Shown: positions 42,201-56,312 of the stretch, one piece after another
How positions within the stretch are numbered: position 1 is the stretch's first letter
Layout of the letters: each line of letters starts with the position of its first letter
DNA from: Eledone cirrhosa
Lineage: Eukaryota
Length of the DNA: 64,000 bases
Direction of reading: 5' to 3'
NCBI GenBank assembly: GCA_964016885.1
Contig: OZ024744.1
Span: 28,706,001-28,770,000, forward strand
The notes under the pieces: model-generated
The model's database searches: none
Told to the model about the DNA's origin: nothing
What the model saw: the letters and a program-made list of their open reading frames with translations, nothing else
Translations under genes and position numbers: made by a program

Positions 42201-45200
42201 CATCTATGATCACATACAATACACAAACAGGTAATACATACATCTAAGACTACATACAACACATAAGCTGGTAATACATATATCTAGATCCAGATGCAAC
42301 ACACAAGCAGGTAATACATACATCTAAGACTACATACAACACAATAGTAGATAAAAATACATCTAGGACCACATACATCACACTAGCAGGTAATACATAC
42401 ATATAGGACCACATACACACACACACAAACATGTAATATACACATTTATGACCACATATAGTACACGAGCAAGTAATACAAACATCTAGGACCACATACA
42501 ACACAAAAGCAGGTAATACACACACCTAGGACCACATGTAAGACAGAAGTAGATAATACATACATCTAGGACTACATACAACACACAAGTAGGTAATACA
42601 TACATCTAGGACCACATAGAACACACAAGTAGATAATACATACATCTAGGATCACATACAACACACAAGCAGGTAATACATACATCTGGGACCACATACA
42701 ACACACAAGCAGGTAATACACACATCTGGGAGCACATACAACACATAAGTAGGTAATACATACATCGAGCACCACTTACAACACAGAAGCGGGTAATACA
42801 CACATCTAGTTACACATACGATACACAAGCAGGGTATACACACATCTAGGACCACGTTCAACACACTAGCTGGTAATACATACATCAAGGAACACATAGA
42901 ACACACAAACAGGTGATACACACATCTAGGACCACATACAATACACAATCAGGTAATAGACACACATCAATGAACACATACAACAAACAAGCAGGTAACA
43001 CATACATCTAAGACCAGATACAACACGCAAGCAGGTAATACACACATCTATTATCACATACAATACACAAACAGGTAATCATACATCTAAGACTACATAC
43101 AACACATAAGCTGGTAATACATACATCTAGATCCAGATACAACACACAAGCAGGTAATACATCTAAGATCACATACAACACAAAAGTAGATAATAATAAT
43201 CTAGGCCCACATACATCACACTAGCAGGTAATACATACATATAGGACCACATACACACACACAGAAACTTGTAATACACACATTTAGGACCACATACAAC
43301 ACAAAAGCAGGTAATACACACATCTAGGACCACATATAACTCAGAAGTAGATAATACATACATCTGGGACCAGATACAACACACAAGCATGTAATACATA
43401 CATCTAGGACAACATACAGACACACAAGCAGGTCATACATACATATAAGACCACATACAACACATAAGCTGGTAATACACACATCTACGACCACATATAA
43501 TACAAAATCATGTAATACACATATCCAGGATCATATACAACACACAAGCAGGTACTACACACACCTAGTAACAAATACAATACACAAACAGGCAATACAT
43601 ACATCTAGGACCACTTACAACACAAAAGCCGGTAATACATACATCTAGGACCACATACAACACACACGCAGGTAATACATACATCTAAGACCACATACAA
43701 CACACAAGCAGGTAATACACACATCTAGGATCACATACAATACAAAAGTAGACTATACATACATCTAGGACCACATGCAACACACAAGCAGGTAATAGAC
43801 ACACATCAATGAACACATACAACAAACAAGCAGGTAACACATACATCTAAGACCAGATACAACATGCAAGCAGGTAATACACACATCTATTATCACATAC
43901 AATACACAAACAGGTAATCATACATCTAAGACTACATACAACACATAAGCTGGTAATACATACATCTAGATCCAGATACAACACACAAGCAGGTAATACA
44001 TCTAAGATCACATACAACACAAAAGTAGATAATAATAATCTAGGCCCACATACATCACACTAGCAGGTAATACATACATATAGGACCACATACACACACA
44101 CAGAAACTTGTAATACACACATTTAGGACCACATACAACACAAAAGCAGGTAATACACACATCTAGGACCACATATAACTCAGAAGTAGATAATACATAC
44201 ATCTGGGACCAGATACAACACACAAGCATGTAATACATACATCTAGGACAACATACAGACACACAAGCAGGTCATACATACATATAAGACCACATACAAC
44301 ACATAAGCTGGTAATACACACATCTACGAGCACATATAATACAAAATCATGTAATACACATATCCAGGATCATATACAACACACAAGCAGGTACTACACA
44401 CACCTAGGAACAAATACAATACACAAACAGGCAATACATACATCTAGGACCACTTACAACACAAAAGCCGGTAATACATACATCTAGGACCACATACAAC
44501 ACACACGCAGGTAATACATACATCTAAGACCACATACAACACACAAGCAGGTAATACACACATCTAGGATCACATACAATACAAAAGTAGACAATACATA
44601 CATCTAGGACCACATGCAACACACAAGCAGGTAATACACACATCTAAAATCACATACAACACACAAATCGATAATAATATATCTAGGACCACATACAACA
44701 CACTAGCAGGTAATACAAACATCTAGGACCACATACAACACAAAAGCAGGTAATACACACATCTAGTTACACATACAATACACAAGCAGGGTATATACAC
44801 ATCTAGGACCACATATAACACACAAGCAGGTAATACAAACATCTAGGACCACATACAACACAAAAGCAGGTGATACACACATCTAGGACCACATATAACA
44901 AAGAAGTAGATAATACATACATCTAGGACCACATACAACACACAAGCAGGTTGTACACACATCTAGGGGCACTTAACAACACACAAGTAGATAATACATA
45001 CATCTATGACCACATACAACACACAAGCCGGTAATACATACATCTAGGACAACATACAACGCACAAGCAGGTAATACACACATCTAGGATCACATACAAT
45101 ACAAAAGTAGACAATACATACATCTAGGACCACATACAACTCACAAGCAGGTAATACACACATCTAGGAGAACTTACAACACACAAGTAGATAATACATA

Positions 45201-48200
45201 CATCTAGGACCACATACAACACACACGCAGGTAATACATACATCTAAGACCACATACAACGCACAAGCAGGTAATATACACACCTAGGATCACATACAAT
45301 ACAAAAGTAGACAATACATATATCTAGGACCACATACAACACACAAGCAGGTAATACCTGCATCTGGGAGCACATGCAACACACAAGCAGATAATACACA
45401 CATCTAGGATCACATACAACACACAAGTAAATAATACTTACACCTAGGACACCATACAGCACACAAGCAGGTAATACATACATCTAGGACCACATACAAT
45501 ACACAATCAGGTAATACACACATCTAGGACCACATACAATATACAAGCTGGTAATACATACATCCAGGACCACATACAATATACAAGCTGGTAATACATA
45601 CACCTTAGACCACATAGAGCACGCAAGTGGATAATACACACATCTAGGACCACATATAACACACAAGCAGGTAAAACTTACTTTTAAGACTACATACAAA
45701 ACACAAGCAGATAATACATACAACTAAGATCACAGAAACTACAGATGCAGGTAATACACACATCTAGGACCAATACAACACAAGCAGGTAATACACAAAT
45801 CTAGGACCACATACGCCACACAAGCAGGTAATACATACATCTAGGACTACATACAACACACAAGCAGGTAATACACACATCTAGGACAACATACAATACA
45901 CAAGCAGGTAATACATACATCTAGGACCACATACAACACACAATAAGGTAATACAAACATCTAGGACCACATACAACACAAAAGTAGATAATAATACATC
46001 TCGGAGCACATACAACACGCAAGCAGGTAATACACACATCTAGGAGCATATACAACACGCAAGCTGGTAATACATACATAGAGGACTATATACAATACAC
46101 AATCAGGTAATACACACATATAGGACCACATACAACACACAAGCAGTTAATACATGCTTCTAGGATCACATACAATACACAAGCACAGGTAATGCATATA
46201 TCTAAGACCACATAACACACACAAGCAGGTAATACACACATCTAGGACCACATACAATACACAGGATGGTAATACACACATTTATGTTCACATACAATAC
46301 ACAAACAGGTAATACATACGTCTAGCAACACATACAACACACCAGCAGGTAATACATACATTTAGGATCACAGACAACACAAAATCAGGTAATACACACA
46401 TCTAGGACCACATACAACATACAAGCTGGTAATACATACATCTAGGACCACATAGAACATACAAGCAGCTAATACATACAACTAGGACCACATACAACAC
46501 ACAAGCTGGTAATACACACATCTAGGACCACATACAACATACAAGCAGGTAATACATACATCTAGGACCACATACAACACACAAACAGGTAATACCTACA
46601 TCTAGGAACACATACAGCACACAACCAGGTAATACATACACCTAGAACCACATACAACTACAAAGTAGATAATAGACACATCTAGGATCACATACAATAC
46701 ACAAGCTGGTAATACACACATCTAGGACCACATAAAACACAGAAGCAGGTAATACACACTTCTAGAATCACATACAATACACAAACTGGTAATACATACA
46801 TCTAGGACCACATACCACACACAAGCAGGTAATACATACATCTAAGACCACATACAACACACAAGCAGGAAATACACACATCTAGGACCACATACAATAC
46901 ACATGCAGGTAATACACACATCCAGGTTTACATAAAATACACAAGCAGGTAATACATACATCTAGGAACACATGCAACACACATCCAGGTAATACATACA
47001 CATAAGACCACATACAACATACAAGTAGGTAATACACACATCTAGGACCAACCACAACTCACGAGCAGGTAATACACACATCTAGGACAACATACAACAT
47101 ACAAGCGAGTACTACACACATCTAGGACCGCATACAACACACAAGCAGGTAATGCATCATCTAGGACCACATACAATACACAAGCTGCTAAAATATACAT
47201 CTAAGATTACATACAACACACAAGCAGGTAATACACACATCTAGGAGCACTTTCAACACATTAGCTGGTAATACATACATCTAGGACCACATAGAACACA
47301 GAAAAAAGTAATACACACATCTAGGATCACATACAACACAAACGTAGATAATGATACATCTAGGACCACATACAACATACAAGGAGGTAATACACACATC
47401 TAGGACCACATACAACACACATGTAGATAATACATACACCTAGGACCACATACAACACACAAGCAAGTAATGCATACATCTAGAACCAAATACCATACAC
47501 AAGCAGGTAATACACACATCTTGGACCACATAAAACACAGAAGCAGGTAATACACACTTCTACGATCGCATACAGTACACAAACTGGTAATACATACATC
47601 TAGGACCACATACAACACACAAGCAGGTAATACACACCTCTAGGACCACATACAACACACAAGCAGGAAATGCACACATCTAGGACCACATACAATACAC
47701 AAGCAGGTAATACACACATCCAGGTTCACATACAATGCACAAACAGGTAATACATACATCTAGGAACACATACAACACACAACGAGGTTATACATACACC
47801 TAGAACAACATACAACACACAGGTAGATAATACATACATCTAGGACCACATACAATACACAAGCAGGCAATACACACAACTAGGACCACATACAACACAT
47901 AAGCAAGTAATACTTACATCTAGGAACACATACAACAGACAAGAAGGTAATACTCACATCTAGGAGCGCTTACAACACACACGCATGTAATACATACATC
48001 TAAGACCACATACAACAGGCAATCAGGTAATATACACATCTAGGAGCATTTACAACACACAAGCAAGTAATACATACATATAGGACCATATACAATACAC
48101 AATCAGATAATGCACACATCTTGACCACATACAACACACAAGCAGTTAATACACACTTCTAGGATCACATACAATACACAAGCACAGGTAATGCATATAT

Positions 48201-50157
48201 CTAAGACCACATACCACACACAAGCAGGTAATACACACATCTAGGACCACATACATTACACAGGCAGGTAATACACGCATTTATGTTCACATACAATACA
48301 CATACAGGTAATACATACGTCCAGCAACACATGCAACACACAACCTGGTAATATATACATCTAGGACCACATACTACACACAACCAGGTAATACATACAT
48401 CTAAGACCACATACAATACATAAGCAGGTAATATACACATCTAGGATCACATAAAATACACAAACTGGTACTACATACATCTAGGACCACATACACCACA
48501 AAAGTAGATAATAATACATCAAGAACCACATACAACACACAAGCAGGTAATACATATATCTAGGACCACATACAACACACAAATAGTTAACACATACACC
48601 TAGGACCACATACAACACACAAGCAGGTAATACATATATCTAGGACCACATACAACACACAAATAGTTAACACATACACCTAGGACCACATACAACACAC
48701 AAGCAGGTAATACATACATCTAGGACCACATAGAGTATGGCAGCTGGTAATACATACACCTAAGACCACATAGATCACGCAAGTGGATAATACACACATC
48801 TAGGACAACATACAATACACAAGCAGGTAATACATACATCTAGGACCACATACAACACACAATAAGGTAATACAAACATCTAGGACCACATACAACACAA
48901 ACGTAGATAATAATACATCTCGGACCACATACAACACGCAAGCAGGTAATACACACATATAGGAGCATAGACAACATGCAAGCAAGTAATACATATAGGA
49001 CTATATACAATACACAATCAGGTACTACACACATCTAGGACCACATACAACACACAAGCAGTTAATACATGATTCTAGGATCACATACAATACACAAGCA
49101 CAGGAAATGCATATATCTAAGACCACATAACACACACAAGCAGGTAATACACACATCCAGGTTCACATACAATGCACAAACAGGTAATACATACATCTAG
49201 GAACACATACAACACACAACGAGGTTATACATACACCTAGAACCACATACAACACACAAGTAGATAATACATACATCTAGGACCACATGCAATACACAAG
49301 CAGGCAATACACACAACTAGGACCACATACAACACATAAGGAAGTAATACTTACATCTAGGAACACATACAACAGACAAGAAGGTAATACTCACATCTAG
49401 GAGCGCTTACAACACACACGCATGTAATACATACATCTAAGACCACATACAACACACAAGCAGGTAATACATACATCTAGGACCACATACAACACAAAGC
49501 AGGTAATACATACATCTAAGACCACATATAACACACAATCAGGTAATACATACATCTAGGACCACATACAACACACAAGCAGGTAATACATACATCTAGG
49601 ACCACATACGACAGAAAATCAATAATAATACATCTAGGACCACATACAACACGCAATCAGGTAATATACACATCTAGGAGCATTTACAACACACAAGCAA
49701 GTAATACATACATATAGGACCATATACAATACACAATCAGATAATGCACACATCTAGGACCACATACAAGACACAAGCAGTTAATACACACTTCTAGGAT
49801 AACATACAATACACAAGCACAGGTAATGCATATATCTAAGACCACATACCACACACAAGCAGGTAATACACACATCTAGGACCACATACATTACACTGGC
49901 AGATAATACACACATTTATGTTCACATACAATACACAAACAGGTAATACATACGTCTAGCAACACATGCAACACACAACCTGGTAATATATACATCTAGG
50001 ACCACATACAACACACAAGCTGGTAATACATACATCTAGGACCACATACAACACACAAGCTGGTAATACATACATCTAGGACCACATACAATACACAAGC
50101 TGGTAATACATACATCTAGGACCACATACAACATATAAGCAGTAATACATATATCTT
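15267..50157. repeat. 40-bp satellite array (~870 copies), consensus CATCTAGGACCACATACAACACACAAGCAGGTAATACACA
   Basis: Continuous head-to-tail array in one orientation with 40-bp period, occasional small indels and recurring variant cassettes. Confidence 0.98.
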
Positions 50158-51740
50158 GTATATAACACACGGTGGTTGTTATAGTGATCACCCATAAACA
50201 GACGGTTATTGTTATGGTAAGGACAACATAAAACACAGTTATTGTTATAGTAATCACAGCATATAACACACGGTCGTTGTGAAAGTAGTCACATCATATA
50301 ACACTCGGTTATTGTTATAGTAATCACATCATATAACCCACGATGTTTGTTATAGTAATCACAGCATTTATCACACGGATATTGTTATAGTAATCACAGC
50401 ATATAACATACGGATATTGTTATAGTAATCACAGCATATAACACACGATGTTTGTTATAGTAATCACTGCATTTATCACACGGATATTGTTATAGTAATC
50501 ACAGCATATAACACACGGATATTGTTATAGTAATCACATCATACAACACACGATGTTTGTTATAGTAATCACAGCATTTATCACACGGTTATTGTTATAG
50601 TACTTACTGCATATAACACATTGTTATTGCTATAGTCATCACTGCATATAACACACGGTTATTGTTATAGTAATCACCGCATATAACACACGATGTTTGT
50701 TATAGTAATCACTGCATATAACACAAGGTTATGTTTATAGTAATCACAGCGTATAACACACGGTCATTGTTATAGTAATCACCGCATATAACACACGGTT
50801 ATTGTTATAGTAATCACAGCATATAACACACGATGTTTGTTATAGTAATCACAGCATATAACACGCGGTTATTGTTATATTAATCACCGCATATAACACA
50901 CGCTTATTGTTATATTAATCACTGCATATAACACGGTTATTGTTATAGTAATCACAGCCTACAATACACGGTTATTGTTATAGTAATCACCGCATATAAC
51001 ACACGGTTATTGTTATAGTAATCACTGCATATAACACACGGTTATTGTTATAGTAATCACCGTATATAACACACGGTTATTTTTATATTAATCACAGCAT
51101 ATAACACATGGTTATTATTATAGTAATCACTGCATATAACACATGGTTATTATTATAGTAATCACTGCATATAACACACGGTTATTGTTATATTAATCAC
51201 AGCATATAACACACGGTTATTGTTATAGTAATCACAGCATATAACACACGGTTATTGTTATAGTAATCACTGCATATAACAAACGGTTATTGTTATAGTA
51301 ATCACAGCATATAACACACGGTTATTGTTATAGTAATCACAGCATATAACACACCGTTATTGATATAGCAATCACAGCATATAACACACGGTTATTGTTA
51401 TAGTACTTACTGCATATAACACACGGTTATTGTTATAGTACTGACTGCATATAACACACGGTTATTGTTATAGTAATCACAGCATATAACACAGGTGTAT
51501 TGTTATAGTAATCACTGCATATAACACGCGGTTATTGTTATAGTAATAACAGCATATATCACACGGTTATTGTTATAGTAATCACAGCTTATAACACACG
51601 GTTATTGTTATAGTAATCACAGCATATAACACAGGTGTATTGTTATTGTATTCACCGTTTATAACACACGGTGGTTGCTATAGTAATCACAGCATATATC
51701 ACACGGTGGTTGTTATAGTAATCACTGTTTTTAACACACG
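50158..51740. repeat. 35-bp tandem repeat (~45 copies), consensus ATAACACACGGTTATTGTTATAGTAATCACAGCAT
   Basis: 35-bp period visible (e.g. 51241 to 51276); abuts the 40-bp array. Confidence 0.96.
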
Positions 51741-51906
51741 TTTAATCCTAGTAATGCAATACAACTTTCATATTAAAAGCCAAAAATAAGTGTAACATTA
51801 CACACACATAAACACCAGGTCCGAATACAGAAGAGCCAAAATCCCACTGTCATCGTCTCCTCTCTACCACTCTCATCCCCTCTCACTGTTATAAGCAAAT
51901 GATGTC

Positions 51907-52510
51907 CTATGCGTTGACGATCCGCGGACCCGGCTGACAGAATAGCGGGGCATTTCCCCGGAAGATAGTGAGGGAGATGCACTGGAAGAGCCATTCCAGC
52001 TCGTGATGTTCACACCTGCGGCTAACCAGCTCTGCAACCGATGATGGTGAGTAGGGAGGTAGCCCTAGGGCCAAGGTCACCAGAAGTCTACACTGCTAGG
52101 AGCTCGAATGCAAACCTGTCGGAGAGTGACTGATATTTTGTGAGTTTACCTTCCTCAGCCCGAAATGCAGCAGAGCCTGGGAAAGCCTGCAGCGTCCAAG
52201 CCATGCTTTAAGACCTTGTTGAGGGCAGCATGGCGTGGAAGGCGGCCGCCACTGTATCGAAAGTAAAGTGGATGGAGGCCCAAAGAGTATACGATGGATC
52301 CGCAGCGACATTTGTGTGGTTCGCAGATCCGGAAGCCTTAGGGAAACCCGATGCACAGGCTGTCATTATCCAGATGCGAGCCAGTTGAAAAGCGGGGTAA
52401 GGCATTGATCCAGGCACCATTGTGTGATTGCGAGGCCGAGCGAAAACATGCGATGCGAGGCGGTGCTGGTTGAGCTGGCGCACTAGTCTGTTCGAGGCGT
52501 TGTTGCACTT
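51907..52510 (-). mobile_element. Decayed 3' part of a CRE-like RLE non-LTR retrotransposon
   Basis: Manual translation gives HNGAWINALP..GSHLDNDSL..CEPHKCRCG..GLHPL..GRLPRHAALNKVLK and terminal WLFQCISLTIFRGNA, resembling the CRE zinc-knuckle/RH region and FQR.S.AIQRGNA C-terminus; stops and deletions present. Confidence 0.78.
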
Positions 52511-53352
52511 ATTCTCCAGTCATGATCTTGAAAGGTTCTAAATTATAACAAAACAATTGTGTTTAACATTATAGTTTGGGAATATTCCAAGAAGACAAAT
52601 TCTGTCTATTTCTGTCTACTTCTGTTTATTTCGTCATTAAAGCCGCTCTCTTTTCTTTTACAACAATTCTATTGTTGTTTGCATGAATTATCCCGTTATT
52701 CCCAAAGGAATGTAGGGGCGCCGTATTGACATACGGCGTTTCTATGTTCTTTGGCATTTTTAAGCCTGGCGGAGCCCATTTCATCTCCAGGTCTGATTAC
52801 ATCAGAGATCTCCCAGAGAAGCACAGAGAGTGAAAGAGGTGTAGAGAGAAACATATATGGCGGAAGAATCGGCCTTCATATTTGACTGGTATTTTTCGCC
52901 AGTTTTTGTTTACTAGGATCAATAACAACTAGAAGCAGCAAAAAAACAATTTCTCTATTTTAGATTTGTCTACACAGAAAAATAAAAAAAAAACAGAAGA
53001 TATCTGTAATACTGAGAAAGAAGCGAATTTCTGAAGATGTCGGCTTCGAACTGGCACAAAGATAAATGTACTTACTTGATACATTATACATAAGAAATAC
53101 GGAGAGCTATAGATATTGAGATATTGAGGGAAATTTACCATAAACTCTGCTGTAAACAAAGTATGTGGAACAGAAAGAAAATATTATCCCAGACTTCACC
53201 ACCAGGTTGCCTGACCTACTAAAAATAGAAGCTAAATCATCTCCATTCTCACTGTCCCGTCTTAGTGTAGTTCTATATACACTAAATAAAGGGGATGGTT
53301 TCGACTAGAATACCTTTTATCAGAGGTCAGCTCAATTAACGTTGACCTAAAT

Positions 53353-53535
53353 CAAAGGTTCTCAAAGTGGGCGCACCCCCTCCGTTCAGAAGGACCAGGA
53401 GGCGCTGCGGTTAAGGGGTGGTGGGGTGGTAGAGATGATATAATAGTATATTAAATATCAAATAATACATATTATATATAAATATAGTAAAAATATTTAT
53501 TTATACATAGATTTATATTATTTATTATATATAAA
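53353..53535. mobile_element. Left part of a hAT MITE (same family as 13145), interrupted by the Helitron
   Basis: caaaggttctcaaagtgggcgc..ccaggaggcgctg..gatgatataatagt aligns with 13145-13290; no right TIR found. Confidence 0.7.
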
Positions 53536-55915
53536 CTAGCAGAGGAATCGCCCCGGGCGGTTTTCTACTAACGTATATATAGTGTGCATATTGATATACG
53601 CAAATATATATGCACATAGATATGATACGTAAATTGACAATATGCACATAAACTGAACAAAGACTGTGTTACACTTACTGTTGTAATCAGTAAAGTAAAC
53701 CATGATACATTTAAAAAAAGGCGATAATGGAGATGGAAAAGCGATGAAACTGTTGGCGGAAAATGTTCATGAATCTTCACATGAGAATGTCGATGGGAAG
53801 CTTCAAGCGGTGAATTTGAAAATAGATGCTGCTGGTATGAATGAATTACATTTACCAATATTACATTTACCAATATGAAGAGTTAACCTTTGCTATATTG
53901 TTGTTTTACTGTATTCACATATAGACTTCTTAAGTTTTTGTAGTGTCCCTTTTCTAGCAATTAAAAAGAAACTGAAATGCATTTCAACTAAAAGAGAGTG
54001 ATAGCTGTTTCACATCCCTGTAGAATTTCTTTGTAGACACAGTTGTCAGCAAACAGACCCCTTTCATCTAATATTTTTATATTTTCTTTTTTTTTTGTAA
54101 CTCGTGATAATGCAACATACATCTGACTCTGTGAGAAGAATTGTGTTGGTAGATATACACCTATCTTTTCAAATGTCTGCCCTTGTGCCTTGTTGCATGT
54201 AAGGGCAAAGGCTGGTTTGACAGGCAATTGCTTGCGAGTAAAGGTGAAAGGGAACTCAAGCTCTGGAGATCCAAGTGGTATCCTTGGGATTAACAACCTT
54301 GTTCCAGCATTGGAACCCAATGTCACTTCAACTTCAACTACATGATTATCTAAACTGATGATGATGTAGCGTGTACCATTGCAATGCCCGTTTAGAGGAT
54401 CCAGATATCTCAAAAGCATGATGCAAATGCCTTTCTTCAGTTTAAGTATGTGTGTGGGAAGCCTGATGGGGGTAAGTTTGTTGATGAACTAAATTCGATA
54501 TTTGCAGTTCATTATCTACTGTATCAGAGCTTCTGTAGATGATTTCATGACCAGGGAACTAGTTGACCATGAACTCATTCACCAATCTTGCTGCATCATT
54601 TGTTGGAGTGATAATGGCTCTATTTGCAAGCCATAGTGGGTTTGTGTAGTTTCCTGGAAGATTTGTATACAGAAAATTACACAGTCCAGACACATTACCA
54701 TATTCCAGACAAAGTTCATTTGGCAGAAGAAAACAGTTGGAGTGTTACCTTTTCCCACATCAAGGAGGTAGTTTGCAAACTGTCTTTCATCAGAACCCTC
54801 TGCATTAATTAACCGTTGATTGGTTGTCATCTCCATGGTTTCCACAGTTCCAGAGATATGATCTCTTGATGGTTGCCTCAACTATTTGTGGTCTAGCACC
54901 ATGACGTACAACTGGAAGAATTCCAGTCACCAGATAGTAATACTGTTAGACCGCCAAATGGCGTTTTGCAATCTCGAACTTCTTTGAAGCTCCTGTCAAG
55001 GCATTCAAAGATATGCTTATGTTCCATACCTATCTCATCAATGATTAGCAGGTCAGCTTGCTTCATAAGTTTACCTGCGTCATCCCTCTTTGTGAAGAAG
55101 CAAGTTGATTCAGCAGTCACATTGAGAGGAATCTTGCACTTGGAATGAAGAGTTCTACTTTTGTGAAGCAAAGTGGCTGCTATTCAAGATATGGCAGTGG
55201 AAAGTGCAATGTTTGTTTTACATCGGAGGTAATCCAATATGATGTTTATGACATAGGTTTTTCCTGTTCAAGCAGAAAATTCTACCTTCTTTTTCCTTTA
55301 CAGTATTGATTACTCTGTGAAATATAACCAGTTGCCCAGGATACAGTTTTGGCAGAAGTTCATTTATGTTTGCTTGCAGTTGGTGTGTATTGAAATCAGT
55401 TTCTGCCATAAGAACCCTGTTGATTTCTGGTATGGCAACAATAGTTGGGTCTGGCCGAAGAAGTCCATAGTTGGCATGAATGTCCAAGCCATCATGTTGA
55501 TGTCTTTGTTGGATCTTCTGTAGAACAATCTGCACGGTTTACATGGAGACGACTTGCTCATGACGTTCATGCATGATATCCTCTGCAAGACAATTCTTCC
55601 ATTTCTCCCAGAACTGCAGAGGATCATTTGGCATGCAGTACAATAAAATGGGCAGATCTCTCACAGCTGAGAACCAAACGTAATGGATGAAGTCTCTTCC
55701 ATAGCTTTGTCTTTTTCTCCATCTTCATCTAATAGACCAAGTTTCCTGCATGCTTCTTGGAATGTTGGAAATTCAACTCCTTCGATTGTCCTCAAATCTT
55801 TGTATGACGATGAAGAAGTTGAGCCAGCCTTGTGATGTAGGAGCATCCTGAGATAAAATAATTCAGATTGATGTGTACTGAGAGATACTGTTGGAATGCG
55901 CCCAACACACTTTAT
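53536..55915 (-). mobile_element. Helitron relic: RepHel linker + PIF1-like helicase pseudogene with intact 3' terminus
   Basis: GRIPTVS..FYLRMLL, DLRTI.G..FPTFQEAC..LGLL, LLIIDE, PFGGLTVLLSGDW, CNGTR, AFALTCNKAQGQT, YVALSRV across frames; GC hairpin 53549-53559 followed ~10 nt later by CTAG|T on the minus strand. Confidence 0.9.
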
Positions 55916-56199
55916 TTCATGTTGCTTCAGTCCATACAGTTAGAAGAAAGATGTACCAGCAGTAGCTGCATGAAAATAAGCTGGATGTTAACCGTGCCAC
56001 TCACCAGTATCCAGTCCACGGAGAAATAGGTCACCGTCAACGACACTTTTTCCTTGGACAACATCGATGTCATAAAGACAGACATGCTGGTCTTGGCGGG
56101 ATTATATAGGAAATCTGCTCTATTGATATAAAGCCCGGAATACCTTCTTATGTAGGATTACCTTATTAACTCCCTCTTTTTCTCTCTCTTGCTCCATGT

Positions 56200-56312
56200 A
56201 TCCCCCCTCTCTCTCTCTCTCTAAATATATATATATACACATGCACACACACACACACACACACACACATCTATATATATAGAGATATAGATATATGTAT
56301 GTGAGTGAGTGA
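56200..56312. repeat. Compound (CT)n/(AT)n/(CA)n microsatellite
   Basis: Directly visible. Confidence 0.85.

Noticed and set aside
15190-50269. Dozens of Cys/Val/Tyr-rich minus-strand ORFs (MCVLPACVLYVVLDVCITCLC...)
   Set aside because: Translation artefact of a 40-bp repeat: the consensus has one stop per 120 bp, and the longer ORFs arise only where that stop has mutated.
15267-51740. CRISPR-like array
   Set aside because: No unique spacers (the whole monomer repeats), no cas genes, eukaryotic context.
53285-53325. Hammerhead-like CTGATAA...GAAAC on the minus strand (similar TTGATAA...GAAAC at ~59045-59075 and ccgaaga at ~14104)
   Set aside because: The cores deviate from CUGANGA and I could not form stems I-III; at most dead remnants.
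53988-55846. Host PIF1 helicase gene
   Set aside because: Frameshifted, carries the Helitron linker motifs and ends in a Helitron hairpin plus CTAG.
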